Shown here piece after piece: positions 1-13,174 of a stretch of DNA of 64,000 bases. The translations under genes were made by a program, and so were the position numbers. The notes under the pieces were generated by a model. The model was not told where the DNA came from, ran no database searches, and worked only from the letters and a program-made list of their open reading frames with translations. The number at the start of each line of letters is the position of its first letter. The stretch's first letter is position 1. The DNA comes from Candidatus Oxydemutatoraceae bacterium (GTDB taxonomy: Bacteria; Pseudomonadota; Gammaproteobacteria; Poriferisulfidales; Oxydemutatoraceae), in contig CBDCOZ010000003.1 of assembly GCA_965220085.1 (NCBI GenBank), positions 1,568,001-1,632,000 of the forward strand, given 5' to 3'.

Positions 1-2
1 CC

Positions 3-371
3 TCACAGCACCTCTGGCGACAGAGAAATAATTTTCATAAATTGGCTGGTGCGCAACTCCCGCGTCACCGGGCCGAATATGCGGGTGCCGATCATTTGCT
101 TTTGGTTATTCAGCAACACCGCGGCATTTTTATCAAAACGAATCAACGACCCGTCGTTGCGGCGCACCCCTTTGCGCGAGCGCACGATGACCGCATCATA
201 GACTTCGCCTTTCTTCACCCGGCCCCTCGGAATCGCTTCCTTGACGCTGACCTTGATGATGTCGCCGATGTTTGCATAGCGCCGGCGCGACCCGCTCAAT
301 ACCTTTATGCATTGCACTTTGCGCGCGCCGCTGTTATCGGCCGATTCCAACATGGATTGCATCTGAATCAT
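3..371 (-). CDS. rplN: 50S ribosomal protein L14
   Basis: [28 protein letters not shown]...[13 protein letters not shown]; start trimmed to ATG at 371. Confidence 0.97.
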   Translation of the reverse strand: MIQMQSMLESADNSGARKVQCIKVLSGSRRRYANIGDIIKVSVKEAIPRGRVKKGEVYDAVIVRSRKGVRRNDGSLIRFDKNAAVLLNNQKQMIGTRIFGPVTRELRTSQFMKIISLSPEVL

Positions 372-375
372 CGTA

Positions 376-642
376 TCAGCCTTCCCCCTTGGCAATGATG
401 CCGACCAGATACCACGACTTTGTCTTGGACATCGGGCGACCCGGCGCGATTCTCACTCTGTCTCCGACCTTGCACTCGTTCTTTGCATCGTGGACATGAA
501 ATTTGGATGAGCGAGACACATACTTCCCATACATAGGGTGGCGAAACTGGCGACGCACTTCGACGGTTATCGTCTTGTCGCGCTTGTCGCTCACGACATC
601 GCCCACCGCCGAGTGGCGCGCCTTGTTATCAGCTTGACTCAT
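376..642 (-). CDS. rpsQ: 30S ribosomal protein S17
   Basis: [14 protein letters not shown]...HPMYGK...RPMSKTKSW; S10 operon order. Confidence 0.96.
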   Translation of the reverse strand: MSQADNKARHSAVGDVVSDKRDKTITVEVRRQFRHPMYGKYVSRSSKFHVHDAKNECKVGDRVRIAPGRPMSKTKSWYLVGIIAKGEG

Positions 643-829
643 CGTGTTTCTCCCTAAGTATCGTTCTTACCCGCGCGATGTCGCGCCGTACCTCGCCAAA
701 GCGGTGGTTCTGTTTGTTCTGCGGGCCGCTGCCTTCCATGCCGAGTTTGAGCTTCTTGTCCAACAGACCATCGAGCTCCTGCAACAAACTCTCGGCATCC
801 TTTTCCCTTAATTCCTTGGCTTTCATCAC
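629..829 (-). CDS. rpmC: 50S ribosomal protein L29
   Basis: MKAKELREK...[12 protein letters not shown]; between rplP and rpsQ. Confidence 0.94.
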   Translation of the reverse strand: MMKAKELREKDAESLLQELDGLLDKKLKLGMEGSGPQNKQNHRFGEVRRDIARVRTILREKHDESS

Positions 830-1239
830 ATCACTCCCCGTCCGGCAAAGGCGGTTCTGACCGGCAACTTGGCCGACGCCCGCTTAAACGCTTCGCGCGC
901 CACATCCTCGCGCACGCCTTCTATCTCATAGAGTATTCTGCCCGGTTGCACCAGCGCCACCCAATATTCCACGTTGCCTTTGCCTTTGCCTTGGCGGACT
1001 TCCAGCGGCTTTTTGGTAATCGGTTTGTCCGGAAAGATACGTATCCATATCTTGCCGCCGCGCTTGATGTAGCGCGTCATTGCCCGCCGCGCCGCCTCGA
1101 TTTGCCGCGAGGTGATACGGCCGCGAGTGCCCGCTTTGAGACCGTATTCGCCAAAACTCACCCGGTTGCTATTGAACGCAAGCCCGCGGTTGCGGCCTTT
1201 GTGTTGCTTTCTGTATTTTGTCTTATTTGGTTGTAGCAT
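826..1239 (-). CDS. rplP: 50S ribosomal protein L16
   Basis: [19 protein letters not shown]...[24 protein letters not shown]; start trimmed to ATG at 1239. Confidence 0.97.
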   Translation of the reverse strand: MLQPNKTKYRKQHKGRNRGLAFNSNRVSFGEYGLKAGTRGRITSRQIEAARRAMTRYIKRGGKIWIRIFPDKPITKKPLEVRQGKGKGNVEYWVALVQPGRILYEIEGVREDVAREAFKRASAKLPVRTAFAGRGVM

Positions 1240-1939
1240 CTTGCGCCCCCGTATCCTGAGCATTCTGTCGCACCGGCCTCACGCCCGCCGCAAGCCCGGT
1301 TTTTTCTTCCTTCTTGACACAGATCCACACCTTGACCCCTATGATTCCGTAGGTTGTCTTGGCCTCGGCAAGCCCGTAGTCAATGTGTTCGCTCAAAGTG
1401 TGCAACGGCACCCGCCCTTCGCGATACCACTCGGAACGCGCTATCTCGGCGCCGTTCAGCCGTCCGGCGATATTCACTTTAATCCCTTCGGCGCCGAGCC
1501 GCATCGTATTCTGCACCGCTCTTTTCATCACCCGGCGGAACATGATGCGATGCTCCAGTTGGCGGGCAATCCCTTCGGCCACCAGCAAAGCATCCATCTC
1601 CGGCTTGCGAATTTCTTCGGTATTCACTTGAACATCCTTCGCCTCAAGTTTTATCATGCGGGCAATCTCGGTGCGCAACTTCTCGATGTCTTCGCCGCGC
1701 TTGCCGATCACAATGCCGGGACGCGCGGTGTGAATGACAATCCGCACCGAAGAAGCGGAAGGCCGCGATATCTGTATCCGGCTCACCGACGCATGGGTCA
1801 ATTTCTTATGCAAAAAGTTGCGCACCGTAATATCGCTGTACAGCCTTTCCCGATACTCGGTGCCTTCGCTCAGCCACTTCGACGTCCACTCGGTGGTAAT
1901 CCCCAACCTGAATCCGATAGGATGTACTTTCTGTCCCAT
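1223..1939 (-). CDS. rpsC: 30S ribosomal protein S3
   Basis: [14 protein letters not shown]...[24 protein letters not shown]. Confidence 0.98.
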   Translation of the reverse strand: MGQKVHPIGFRLGITTEWTSKWLSEGTEYRERLYSDITVRNFLHKKLTHASVSRIQISRPSASSVRIVIHTARPGIVIGKRGEDIEKLRTEIARMIKLEAKDVQVNTEEIRKPEMDALLVAEGIARQLEHRIMFRRVMKRAVQNTMRLGAEGIKVNIAGRLNGAEIARSEWYREGRVPLHTLSEHIDYGLAEAKTTYGIIGVKVWICVKKEEKTGLAAGVRPVRQNAQDTGAQDATTK

Positions 1940-2283
1940 CAGCCCGCTTCCTTGCCGTCGCTCAACGTCAACACGATATGGCTCGTACGCTTGAGGATGC
2001 GCGCGCCGCGCCCGCGAGCGCGAGCGCGAAAGCGCTTATAGACCGGCCCCTGATCGACATACGCGGTCACTACCTTCAACTCATCCATATCCGCGCCATA
2101 ATTGTTTTCGGCGTTCGCAATCGCCGACCGCAACAGTTTGTACAATATTTTTGCGGCGGCGGTGTTGCCAAAGCGGAGACGCTCAAGCGCGTCCCCGACC
2201 GCGCGACCGCGAATCAGGTTTATCGCCAAACGGCATTTCTGCGGCGAGGCGCGAACCATCTTAAGTTTTGCCGACACTTCCAT
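1939..2283 (-). CDS. rplV: 50S ribosomal protein L22
   Basis: SPQKCRL...SAIANAENN...[16 protein letters not shown]. Confidence 0.97.
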   Translation of the reverse strand: MEVSAKLKMVRASPQKCRLAINLIRGRAVGDALERLRFGNTAAAKILYKLLRSAIANAENNYGADMDELKVVTAYVDQGPVYKRFRARARGRGARILKRTSHIVLTLSDGKEAG

Positions 2284-2284
2284 A

Positions 2285-2557
2285 TTATTTAGCCTTTCTG
2301 TCCCCGGAATGTTGGCGGAATGTCCTCGTTAGCGCAAACTCACCGAGCTTATGCCCTACCATATGTTCGTTGATAAAAATCGGCAAATGATCCTTGCCGT
2401 TGTGCACCGCAATGGTCAGCCCCACCATGTCGGGCACCACCATGGAGCGACGCGACCAGGTTTTGATCGGGCGCTTATCTTTTGTTTCAATCGCTTTCAC
2501 AACTTTTTTCATCAAGTGATTATCCACAAAAGGACCTTTTCTAAGTGAGCGCGGCAT
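2285..2557 (-). CDS. rpsS: 30S ribosomal protein S19
   Basis: [12 protein letters not shown]...KTWSRRS...[13 protein letters not shown]. Confidence 0.98.
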   Translation of the reverse strand: MPRSLRKGPFVDNHLMKKVVKAIETKDKRPIKTWSRRSMVVPDMVGLTIAVHNGKDHLPIFINEHMVGHKLGEFALTRTFRQHSGDRKAK

Positions 2558-2559
2558 AA

Positions 2560-3396
2560 TTATGACTTCCCTTTCGATCTGCGACGAACAATAAACCTGC
2601 TGGTTTGAAGGTTCTTCTTACGTGTTTTGTAACCCTTAGTTGGCATTCCCCAAGGTGAAACCGGATGGCGGCCTCCCGAGGTCTTCCCCTCACCACCGCC
2701 ATGGGGGTGGTCAACCGGATTCATTGCAACACCGCGAACAGTCGGACGAATACCCCGCCACCTTTTTGCTCCGGCTTTGCCGAGCTTAATCAGATTATGC
2801 TCGCTATTGCAGACCGTGCCGATTGTCGCACGACATCTGAGTAGAATTTTACGCACTTCGCCGGAGCGTAATCGTAAAGAAGCATACCCGCCTTCTTTAG
2901 CGATGTATTGTGCGCTACCGCCAGCAGAGCGGGCGATCTGCGCGCCTTTGCCGGGCTTCATCTCAATGCAATGGACGACCGTACCCACCGGAATATCGGA
3001 CAGTGGCATCGTATTACCTACTTTAATCGGTGCGCCCGGACCGGATATCAAGCGCGCGCCGAGCGCCAATTGATCCGGTGCAATAATGTAACGATATTCT
3101 CCGTCCGTATATAACACTAAAGCAATATTGGCACTACGGTTGGGATCATATTCAATACGTTTGACACGACATTCAATACCATCTTTGTTACGCAAGAAAT
3201 CAATATGCCGATATTTTCTCTTGTGGCCGGCGCCGATATGTCTGGTGGTGATACGACCTTTGTTATTGCGCCCGCCGGTTTTGCTCTTGCCTTCTGTCAG
3301 CGGCGCAAAAGGCTTGCCTTTATGCAAGCCGGCATGCTTGACGCTGACTTTGAAGCGCTGACCGGGTGATTGGGGTTTGCTCTTTACAACCGCCAT
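2560..3396 (-). CDS. rplB: 50S ribosomal protein L2
   Basis: [13 protein letters not shown]...[17 protein letters not shown]. Confidence 0.98.
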   Translation of the reverse strand: MAVVKSKPQSPGQRFKVSVKHAGLHKGKPFAPLTEGKSKTGGRNNKGRITTRHIGAGHKRKYRHIDFLRNKDGIECRVKRIEYDPNRSANIALVLYTDGEYRYIIAPDQLALGARLISGPGAPIKVGNTMPLSDIPVGTVVHCIEMKPGKGAQIARSAGGSAQYIAKEGGYASLRLRSGEVRKILLRCRATIGTVCNSEHNLIKLGKAGAKRWRGIRPTVRGVAMNPVDHPHGGGEGKTSGGRHPVSPWGMPTKGYKTRKKNLQTSRFIVRRRSKGKS

Positions 3397-3400
3397 GGCT

Positions 3401-3706
3401 CTAGTTTGATCCTGTCATCGTAATCGTGTTGCCTTCCTGCAATGTGACATAGGCTTTCTTCCAATCCTTGCGCCGTCCGACCGCGCGCCCCATCCCTTTG
3501 ACCTTGCCGCGCACACTGACGACATTGACCGCGCGCACCTTCACGTCGTAATACCTTTCTACCGCGATGCGGATCTGCTTCTTGCCGGCATTGCCGGCAA
3601 CCCGAAACACATACTGATTATCCTGCATCGCAGTGGTCGCCTTCTCGGATATATGCGGCGCGCGTAACACCGTGCGCAGGGTTTCTCCGGGCATAGGGAT
3701 TTTCAT
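3401..3706 (-). CDS. rplW: 50S ribosomal protein L23
   Basis: APHISEKA...[13 protein letters not shown]. Confidence 0.96.
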   Translation of the reverse strand: MKIPMPGETLRTVLRAPHISEKATTAMQDNQYVFRVAGNAGKKQIRIAVERYYDVKVRAVNVVSVRGKVKGMGRAVGRRKDWKKAYVTLQEGNTITMTGSN

Positions 3707-4302
3707 GACAAACGCTCCTGAAGCTTTTCAACCGCCGCGCGTGTCATCAGCGCTTTTTCAAATAACAACAAACTCAGCGGATCAAGCAAGTCGGCTCTGG
3801 CGACCCCCACCGCAGGGAGGTTTCTGGCCGCCAAATAAATATTCAGATCGTCTTCTTCGATCACGATCAGGGCGGAACGCAATGACAACTCTTTGAGTTT
3901 TGCGGCCAGCAAGCGGGTCTTGGGCTGATCGATCCCGAGCGTGTCGATGACGCGCAGACCGCCGCGACGATTGAGCTCCGATATCAAGGAACAAAATGCC
4001 TGGCGGTACATCTTTTTGTTCAATCTGATTTCGCGCTTCGCCGGTGTCGCCGCAAAAGCGCGACCGCCGCCTCGCCACAACGGATTCCTGTTTGAGCCGA
4101 CCCGCGCATTGCCGGTGCCCTTCTGCCGCCAAGGCTTGCGCCCGCCGCCCGATACCATGCCGCGCTTCTTCTGGGCTTTGCTGCCGGTATGGGATTTGGC
4201 AAACGAATGATTCAACACTTGATGCACCAACGGCTCCTTATACGCCCGGTCAAACACCGCGGCGGATACTTCCATCGGCCCGGCGCTGGTCTCAATTTGC
4301 AT
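3703..4302 (-). CDS. rplD: 50S ribosomal protein L4
   Basis: GGGRKPWRQKGTGNARVGS...WRGGG; start trimmed to ATG at 4302. Confidence 0.96.
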   Translation of the reverse strand: MQIETSAGPMEVSAAVFDRAYKEPLVHQVLNHSFAKSHTGSKAQKKRGMVSGGGRKPWRQKGTGNARVGSNRNPLWRGGGRAFAATPAKREIRLNKKMYRQAFCSLISELNRRGGLRVIDTLGIDQPKTRLLAAKLKELSLRSALIVIEEDDLNIYLAARNLPAVGVARADLLDPLSLLLFEKALMTRAAVEKLQERLS

Positions 4303-5044
4303 CGCCCTGCCCCTCCTCAGCCGGCTTATCGCCCTGTTGCTCCGGCACAGCGTCGCCCCGCTCCTTGTTGTCCGCCGGCGGCGCAACTTGTTGCGCAAGG
4401 GCGCTCAGGTCAATATGTTGCATATGCTCTACCGCCACCCCCGACTGCGGAGCGCCGGGAACCGAACCTTTGATCATCAGCAAGGACTTTTCCTTATCCA
4501 CCGCCGCCACTTCCAAATTGATCAGCGTCGTCCGCTTGCCGCCCATGCGACCGGCCATCTTTTTGCCTTTGAAAACCTTGCCCGGCGTCTGACACTGGCC
4601 GGTAGAACCGGCGACGCGGTGAGAAAGCGAGTTGCCGTGAGAATTATCCTGCCCCCTGAAGTTATGGCGTTTAATCGTTCCGGCAAACCCTTTGCCTTTG
4701 TTGATGCCAATCACTTTTACTTTTTGCCCGGGCTCAAAAATCCCGACATCCAAAGTATCGCCGACCGCCTTCGCCTCGGCATCATCGACCCGAAACTCCC
4801 GCAGATGCGAGTAGCCTTTGTCCGTATCCATTTTCTTCAAGTGGCCGGCGGCGGCTTTGTTCAGACGCTTGGGATCGCATTCGCCCGCCGCTACTTGCAA
4901 CGCGGCATAGCCGTCGCTCGCAACCGTCTTGACCTGCGCGACGCGATTGACCGACGCTTGAATCACAGTAATCGGTATGGAGCGCCCGTCCTCCGTGAAG
5001 ATGCGACTCATACCGACTTTTTTTCCGAGTATTCCTATTGACAT
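4292..5044 (-). CDS. rplC: 50S ribosomal protein L3 with acidic C-terminal extension
   Basis: GKKVGMSRIFTEDG...KGKGFAGTIKRHNF...PGKVFKGKKMAG. Confidence 0.97.
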   Translation of the reverse strand: MSIGILGKKVGMSRIFTEDGRSIPITVIQASVNRVAQVKTVASDGYAALQVAAGECDPKRLNKAAAGHLKKMDTDKGYSHLREFRVDDAEAKAVGDTLDVGIFEPGQKVKVIGINKGKGFAGTIKRHNFRGQDNSHGNSLSHRVAGSTGQCQTPGKVFKGKKMAGRMGGKRTTLINLEVAAVDKEKSLLMIKGSVPGAPQSGVAVEHMQHIDLSALAQQVAPPADNKERGDAVPEQQGDKPAEEGQGDAN

Positions 5045-5049
5045 CTTAC

Positions 5050-5358
5050 TTACTTCAGTTGCACATCTACCTCGGCGGGGAGATCCAATTTCATCAGCGC
5101 ATCGACCGTTTTCTCGGTCGGGTTCAGGATATCCATAATCCGCTTGTGCGTGCGAATCTCGTATTGATCGCGCGCGTCTTTGTCGACATGCGGCGATATC
5201 AAAACGGTAAAACGCTCTATCTTCGTCGGCAACGGGATAGGCCCGCGGATAGCCGCGCCCGAACGCTTTACCGTGGTTACGATCTCGCTTGCCGATTTAT
5301 CAAGGAGGCGATAATCAAAAGCTTTCAGTCGTATCCTTATCCTATCGCCCACATCCAC
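5050..5358 (-). CDS. rpsJ: 30S ribosomal protein S10
   Basis: [14 protein letters not shown]...[19 protein letters not shown]. Confidence 0.98.
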   Translation of the reverse strand: MDVGDRIRIRLKAFDYRLLDKSASEIVTTVKRSGAAIRGPIPLPTKIERFTVLISPHVDKDARDQYEIRTHKRIMDILNPTEKTVDALMKLDLPAEVDVQLK

Positions 5359-5381
5359 TTCTCTCTCCTCCGATTGCCCGC

Positions 5382-6572
<1,191 letters not shown>

Positions 6573-6586
6573 GATTATTTCCTCCT

Positions 6587-8689
6587 CTATGCGGCTGCTT
6601 TGTTCTTGATGACTTCATCGACGATATTCGCCGGCACCTCGTCATACTTTTTGAATTGCATCGTATACGTCGCCCGCCCTTGGGTGGCGGAGCGCAAATC
6701 CGTCGCATAACCGAACATCTGCTTGAGCGGCACCAGAGACGCAATCCGCTTGCCCGAAACGCCATCCTCCATAGACTCAATGATGCCGCGGCGGCGATTC
6801 AGATCGCCGACCACATCGCCCATGTATTGCTCCGGCGTGACGACCTCAACCTGCATGATCGGCTCCAGCAATACCGGCGCGGCCTTCGTCACCCCTTCCT
6901 TGACGCCCTGCGATGCGGCGACCTTGAACGCCATCTCGGAAGAATCGACATCGTGATAGGAACCGTCATACAAAGTGACCTTCACATCCACCAAGGGATA
7001 ACCGGCGAGAACGCCGTTCTGCAGCTGCTCGCGCGCGCCCTTATCCACCGCCGGAATATATTCTTTCGGCACCGACCCGCCGACGATCTCATTGGAGAAC
7101 TCATACTCGCTGCCGGGCTCAAGCGGTTCAATCCGCAGCCAGACATGGCCGTATTGCCCGCGCCCGCCGGTCTGGCGGACAAACTTGGATTCCTGCTCCA
7201 CCATCTTGCGAATCGTCTCCCGGTAAGCGACTTGCGGCGCGCCGACATTCGCCTCCACGCCGAATTCGCGCTTCATCCTGTCCACGATAATTTCCAGATG
7301 CAACTCGCCCATGCCGGAGATAATCGTCTGCCCGCTCTCCTCATCCACACTCATACGGAAAGACGGATCCTCTTGCGCCAACTTTTGCAAGGCCAAACTC
7401 ATCTTCTCCTGATCCGCCTTGGTCTTCGGCTCGACCGCGACCGAGATGACAGGCTCCGGAAAGACCATGCTCTCCAGTTTGACCGGGTTATCGGCGCTGC
7501 ACAAGGTGTCGCCGGTCACCACATTCTTGAGGCCCACCGCAGCGGCGATATCACCCGCGCACACCTCTTTTATTTCCTGACGGGAATTGGAATGCATCTG
7601 CAAAATCCGACCGATGCGCTCCTTCTTGCGGCGCACCGCATTCAGTATGCTGTCGCCCGATTTCAGCACGCCCGAATACACGCGGAAGAAGGTCAAGTTG
7701 CCGACAAAAGGATCGCTGGCGATCTTAAACGCCAGCGCCGCAAACGGCTCGTCATCGTCGGGCTTTCTCAGCGGCGCCTCTTCGCCTTCGTCGGCGACCC
7801 CCTCGACGGCGGGTATGTCGGCCGGCGACGGCAGGTACCGCACCACCGCATCCAGCAAGGCTTGCACCCCTTTGTTCTTGAACGCCGACCCGCACAGCAC
7901 CGGCACGATCTCATTGGCCAGCGTCCGTTGCCGGATACCTTGATAAATCTCTTCCTCGGTCAGCGCATCATCCTCCAGATATTTGTTCATCAATTCTTCG
8001 TTTGCTTCGGCGGCGGCCTCCAACAACTCGGCGCGATACTTCGCGCATTCCTGTTTCATATCGTCGGGAATCTCTTTCGCCTCATAGGTCGCCCCCATAT
8101 CGTTCTCATTCCAGATAATCGCTTGCTCTTTGACCAAGTCCACCACGCCTTCAAAGTTCTCTTCGGCGCCGATCGGGAGTTGCAACGGACACGCCACCGA
8201 ACCCAAGCGTTCGCGAATCTGCCCGACCACATGAAGAAAATCGGCGCCGGCGCGATCCATCTTATTGACGAACGCGATTCTCGGCACCCGATAGGTCTCG
8301 GCCTGACGCCACACCGTCTCCGACTGCGGCTCCACGCCGCCGACCGCGCAAAACACGCCGACCGCGCCGTCCAACACCCGCAACGAGCGTTCCACCTCAA
8401 TCGTGAAGTCAACATGCCCGGGCGTGTCGATGATATTGATCCGATATTCCGGAAACTGCTGGTCCATCCCCTTCCAGAAACAGGTCGTCGCCGCCGAGGT
8501 GATGGTAATCCCCCGCTCCTGCTCCTGTTCCATCCAATCCATCACCGCGGCGCCGTCGTGCACCTCGCCGATCTTATGGGAGATACCGGTGTAGAAAAGC
8601 ACCCGTTCGGTCGTCGTCGTCTTGCCCGCATCGATGTGCGCCATGATGCCGATGTTGCGATATTTATCCAGCGAAACAGAGCGTGCCAT
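6587..8689 (-). CDS. fusA: Elongation factor G
   Basis: [37 protein letters not shown]; start taken at MARSVSL. Confidence 0.99.
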   Translation of the reverse strand: MARSVSLDKYRNIGIMAHIDAGKTTTTERVLFYTGISHKIGEVHDGAAVMDWMEQEQERGITITSAATTCFWKGMDQQFPEYRINIIDTPGHVDFTIEVERSLRVLDGAVGVFCAVGGVEPQSETVWRQAETYRVPRIAFVNKMDRAGADFLHVVGQIRERLGSVACPLQLPIGAEENFEGVVDLVKEQAIIWNENDMGATYEAKEIPDDMKQECAKYRAELLEAAAEANEELMNKYLEDDALTEEEIYQGIRQRTLANEIVPVLCGSAFKNKGVQALLDAVVRYLPSPADIPAVEGVADEGEEAPLRKPDDDEPFAALAFKIASDPFVGNLTFFRVYSGVLKSGDSILNAVRRKKERIGRILQMHSNSRQEIKEVCAGDIAAAVGLKNVVTGDTLCSADNPVKLESMVFPEPVISVAVEPKTKADQEKMSLALQKLAQEDPSFRMSVDEESGQTIISGMGELHLEIIVDRMKREFGVEANVGAPQVAYRETIRKMVEQESKFVRQTGGRGQYGHVWLRIEPLEPGSEYEFSNEIVGGSVPKEYIPAVDKGAREQLQNGVLAGYPLVDVKVTLYDGSYHDVDSSEMAFKVAASQGVKEGVTKAAPVLLEPIMQVEVVTPEQYMGDVVGDLNRRRGIIESMEDGVSGKRIASLVPLKQMFGYATDLRSATQGRATYTMQFKKYDEVPANIVDEVIKNKAAA

Positions 8690-8694
8690 TTTAA

Positions 8695-9168
<474 letters not shown>

Positions 9169-9173
9169 TTACC

Positions 9174-9548
9174 TCAGCCCTTGGCCCGTTTGGCGCCGTA
9201 CTTTGAACGGCCTTGGGTGCGATTCTCAACCCCTTGCGTATCCAGGCTGCCGCGCACGATGTGATAGCGCACACCCGGCAAATCCTTGACCCGTCCGCCG
9301 CGGATCAAAACCACCGAGTGTTCTTGCAGGTTGTGGCCTTCGCCGCCGATATACGTCGTGACTTCGTAGTCGTTGGTCAGGCGGACGCGCGCGACTTTGC
9401 GCAACGCCGAGTTGGGTTTCTTCGGGGTGGTTGTGTACACACGAGTGCACACGCCTCTTTTTTGAGGACATCGTTCAAGCGCGGTAACATTGCTTTTTGC
9501 AATCTTGCGCTTACGCGATTTGCGTACCAATTGATTGATAGTAGACAT
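9174..9548 (-). CDS. rpsL: 30S ribosomal protein S12
   Basis: [25 protein letters not shown]...[11 protein letters not shown]. Confidence 0.99.
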   Translation of the reverse strand: MSTINQLVRKSRKRKIAKSNVTALERCPQKRGVCTRVYTTTPKKPNSALRKVARVRLTNDYEVTTYIGGEGHNLQEHSVVLIRGGRVKDLPGVRYHIVRGSLDTQGVENRTQGRSKYGAKRAKG

Positions 9549-9627
9549 AAATTTTTAATATCTTGCTGCAAAATATCAGCCCGCCATTCGTAATACCTGC
9601 GAACAGGAAACTTTGGCCTAGCCGCGC

Positions 9628-9656
9628 ATTATAATTGGGAATCGAAACTAAGTAAA
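9628..9656 (-). promoter_or_regulatory. sigma70-type promoter of the str operon
   Basis: Minus strand TTTACT-N17-TATAAT followed by GC-rich discriminator GCGCGGC, about 80 bp upstream of rpsL. Confidence 0.6.
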
Positions 9657-9968
9657 GCGGAAAAAAGAGAATTCTTGCCGGATTCCGCCGGCAACGGAAA
9701 TTGTTGTGAAAATGGCGCGGTTCAATCGCAATTTTCCCGCATCGTCATAGAGATAGGGGCAACAATACCGCCCTTTGCGGGCGGCGACACTATATATATG
9801 GCGGCCATGACCCCCCCTATCACGCCACTTTCCCGCCCGCGCCAAGATTTCCGAAGGACAAGATTATGGGGGGCCTTCCGCAAAAGAACGCTATCGTGCG
9901 GTCTCGCAATCTTACAAGGTGATGTTTGAGAACCTTCTCTCCCGCGAGGAGCGCCGGTCAGCGGATGT

Positions 9969-10455
9969 TATCGTAGCGGGCCTGCGAGAAGGAGTGTCGT
10001 GCGAGTGCTGCGGCTTGCTCGCGCTATCGCAGCGGGCCTGCGAGAAGGGGCGTGTCGTGCGAGTGCTGCGGCTTGCTTGCGCTATCGCAGTCGGCATTCA
10101 AGAAGGGGTGTGTCGTGCGAGCGCCGAGGATGGCTCGCGCTATCGCAGTCGGCATTCAAGGAGGGCGTGTCGTGCAAGCCACCGAGGCTTGCTTGCGTTA
10201 TCGCAGTCGGCCTTCAAGAGGGAGTGTGTCGTGCGAGTGCTGCGGCTTGCTTGCGTTATCGCAGTCGGCCTTCAAGAGGGAGTGTGTCGTGCGAGTGCTG
10301 CGGCTTGCTTGCGCTATCGCAGTCGGCATTCAAGAAGGGGTGTGTCGTGCGAGTGCTGCAGCTTGCTTGCGCTATCGCAGTCGGCATTCAAGAAGGGGTG
10401 TGTCGTGCGAGTGCTGCGGCTTGCTCGCGCTATCGCAGCGGGCCTTCCAAGAAGA
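9969..10455. repeat. Tandem array of eight ~58-bp units continuous with the 3' end of the FLEGPLR-tail gene
   Basis: Anchor TATCG recurs at 9969, 10025, 10083, 10141, 10199, 10257, 10315, 10373 and 10431 (spacing 56, then 58); typical unit TATCGCAGTCGGCATTCAAGAAGGGGTGTGTCGTGCGAGTGCTGCGGCTTGCTTGCGC; the last anchor overlaps the gene's stop codon. Confidence 0.93.
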
Positions 10456-12006
10456 GGCGCAGGCGCAAGCGTATATCAACCCCCAGGTTGATGGTCATCG
10501 TATAGGTGTCTGCGCTGTCTGCGACGCCATCGTGCACTGTGAAGGTGAAACTGGCGAAGTCGGAGGCGGCGCGAGCGCCCATCGGGGGATACCAGGTGAA
10601 AGTGCCATTGTCCAGATTGGCAACGGTCACCGAGGCGTCGTCGGTCACTGCGGTACCGCCGATGCGCAACGTGCCCGTGCCGACTGCTATGGTCTCAACG
10701 ATGGTGATGGCGACCAGGGCGGCGTTGTTATCCTCATCCATGAACGGGAAGTCGGAGACCTTGAAGACGAAGGGCGCGGCTAAGGTTGTGGTTGTGGGCA
10801 CCTTCACCGAATTGTCGGCGCTGGTAGGGGCATCGTTGACATTGCGGATGATGTTGCCTGTGGTGCAGCGTCGCTCGCTGTTGGGCGGCGTGAAGTTGTC
10901 CTCAAAGGATACGCACACCCGCACAAACTTGTCGACATGCGCCTGCAACGGCGTGAAAGTGGCGGCGGTGGCCCCGTCAATATCGGCGTAGTTGGCGTCT
11001 GTCAGGGGCGCGTCATTGCCCGGAGGATCAGCCTGTTGCCATTGCCAGGCGATGGTGGAGCGGTTAATACCGCTATTGGCATCTGCGATAGTGCCGGTGG
11101 TGGCGGTCAGGGTCACATCCTCGTTCCAGGGCGGCGCTGTCACATCGGGCAGACCGATGGCCTCCACCTGCGCCGTCGGCAACACCAGGTTTATGGTGAT
11201 GGTGGCCATGTTGCTCCGGGAGAGGGTGGGTGAAAATACGCTGAAAGTAAAGCTGGCATAGCCCTCAGCAGGTGCCGTTGCATCTTCGGGCAACCTGTAC
11301 ACTGGGCCGTTAATTCCTCCGAAGTCAGGGAGTAGTGCATTATTACCCTCCCCCCAGATAAGCCCAGCGGCACTATGAATAGAACCAGCGCAGTAGCAGG
11401 TTGGGTTTCTATTACTACACCTCCAATGTCATCGTCATCTTCGTCAAAGAAGGTGAAGTCATCTGACGAGAAGGCATAGCTCGCGGTACCCAGTGGAATC
11501 TCAATAGTGTTGTCCTGGGCAACAGGCAAATCATCCACATTCACCACGGCGGCGACGGAGGACCAGCATCGGGTCTCGCTGTTGCTGGCGTCATCCTCAA
11601 AGGTCGCACAGGCGCGGATGAACTTGCCGACATGGACCTGCAATGGGGTGAACATGGCCTCGGTCGACGTGGTGTTGGTTATATCAATGTAGGCGCTTTC
11701 CGTCGGTGTGCCGCTTACCGGGGCATCGGCTTGTGACCACTGCCAAGTCGGCGTGAACACGGTGAGGCCATCGGCGGTATCGCCTATCGTGCCTTGGGCT
11801 GCGGTCAGTGCGTTGTCCTCGTTGGGTCCCGTCGTAGTCAGATTGGTGCCGTCGGCTGCCGTCACCGCCGGTTCGCCGGTGGCGTTCTGCGCCTGCGCTT
11901 GAGCGCAAACAACAAACAGCGCCGGCAACAGAAGCGAGCAGAGGCTGCGCCGTATCATCGTTGCTCCCCGCCGCGCGGGGGCGGTATCGTAAGTTTTGCA
12001 GTTCAT
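10430..12006 (-). pseudogene. Exported Ig/cadherin-like repeat protein with LRLRLFLEGPLR tail, copy 1, split by an internal frameshift
   Basis: ORF 11191..12105 gives the signal peptide (MNCKTYD...SLLLPALFVVCAQAQAQ) and the first repeats; ORF 10430..11302 continues the same repeats in another frame and ends DIRLRLRLFLEGPLR*. Joined, they are colinear with the paralog at 50712. Confidence 0.8.
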
Positions 12007-12341
12007 GCTCTTGCTTTGATCAGGGCGAGCAACATCAGCGACCACAGACTCCCGCGGATTCGTGTTGCCTGCCGTTGCGCGGGAGTCATATCGAAAATTT
12101 GACAAATCATATCTACGGTTTTAATAACGACATGTTTCATGCATGCACGATTAGTGCCCTACTATACCATAAAACGCGCGTCACCCGCCAATGCCGTTGT
12201 ATCTTGCCGCATCCCTGTGCGCCCTGACATTCCCTTCTCCCCGCCGGATATTTGCAATCGCCGTTTTACAACAATTTCCGCTGTCGGGCGGGCGGAGTCG
12301 CGTACGCAAGCCCCCTATGCCGATTACGCTTGATGCCTGTT

Positions 12342-12664
12342 TGATGCCATGCCATATCGACACCTGCGGCAAATATTGTGCCCTGTCCTGAGTACTTGAA
12401 GCCTCGGCCCGCAATATACTTCCGGCAACCCGGAACATTTCCGGCATGACTCACCTTTGATACCAAGACACATCGGACGCCGGCGCCACACATTGTGCGT
12501 CGTGGGTGTGTGATGCTTCGGCCCGCAACAAACCCTCTTCAAATCCCAAACTCTTCCCGAAGCGTACGGCGAAAGCGCTCATTGAATGCGCATGATGCCA
12601 TGCCATATCGACACCTGCGGCAAATATTGTGCCCTGTCCTGAGTACTTGAAGCCTCGGCCCGCA
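12342..12664. repeat. 72-bp direct repeat pair (12342-12413 and 12593-12664)
   Basis: TGATGCCATGCCATATCGACACCTGCGGCAAATATTGTGCCCTGTCCTGAGTACTTGAAGCCTCGGCCCGCA occurs twice, 251 bp apart. Confidence 0.9.
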
Positions 12665-13001
12665 GCGCGCTCCCTTTTATAGCGTGTTGCTCCCATCATC
12701 TCAGAGCTTCAAGGTTTGGCGACATCCGCCCTCGTCCGGAATCTTCCACATTGGCCAGTTCATCGTCTCAGGGCTTCAAGTTGGCGACCATCGTTGCCTC
12801 CTGTACGCCGGAAGCGGCTATTCTACAGGCTTTTGCGGCCGTAGAATGTGTCGATATTGCGGCAACCCGTGTCAAAGCGGCAATCCGCAATGCTTCCGGC
12901 GCCAGCGCTTGGGAGCCCGCAGCGCCGCAAACAAATGCGCTGGTTGCGGGGCGAATATCTCGCACAGCGGCAGGCGCGGGCTTCGTGCGCGCCGCCATCG
13001 T

Positions 13002-13090
13002 TCCAATATCTGGTATACTGCGCTATCGGGGTGAGCAACTTGCTCCTTTAGCTCGCCCCGTCCGCCGCCGCTCCAATATCTGGTATACTG
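13002..13090 (+). promoter_or_regulatory. 19-bp direct repeat containing an extended -10-like motif, upstream of the Cys-rich gene
   Basis: TCCAATATCTGGTATACTG at 13002 and 13072; TG-N-TATACT resembles an extended -10 box. Confidence 0.5.
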
Positions 13091-13174
13091 GCATCATTCC
13101 GATTAGCCCGATGAAAGAGTCGCCCGCACACAACGCCGATGCCGTCACATCTCAGTTTGCATAAGTATTTCCGC

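Noticed and set aside
4292-4420. Acidic C-terminal extension of L3 overlapping the rplD start
   Set aside because: Low-complexity tails on ribosomal proteins are common and carry no further signal here.
9969-10430. 58-bp array as a CRISPR array
   Set aside because: The whole unit repeats, there are no unique spacers, and no cas genes are present.
9919-10783. Plus-strand Cys/Arg-rich ORFs over the array (9919, 9999, 10052)
   Set aside because: They arise from translating a 58-bp repeat that cycles through frames, and they overlap the real minus-strand gene.
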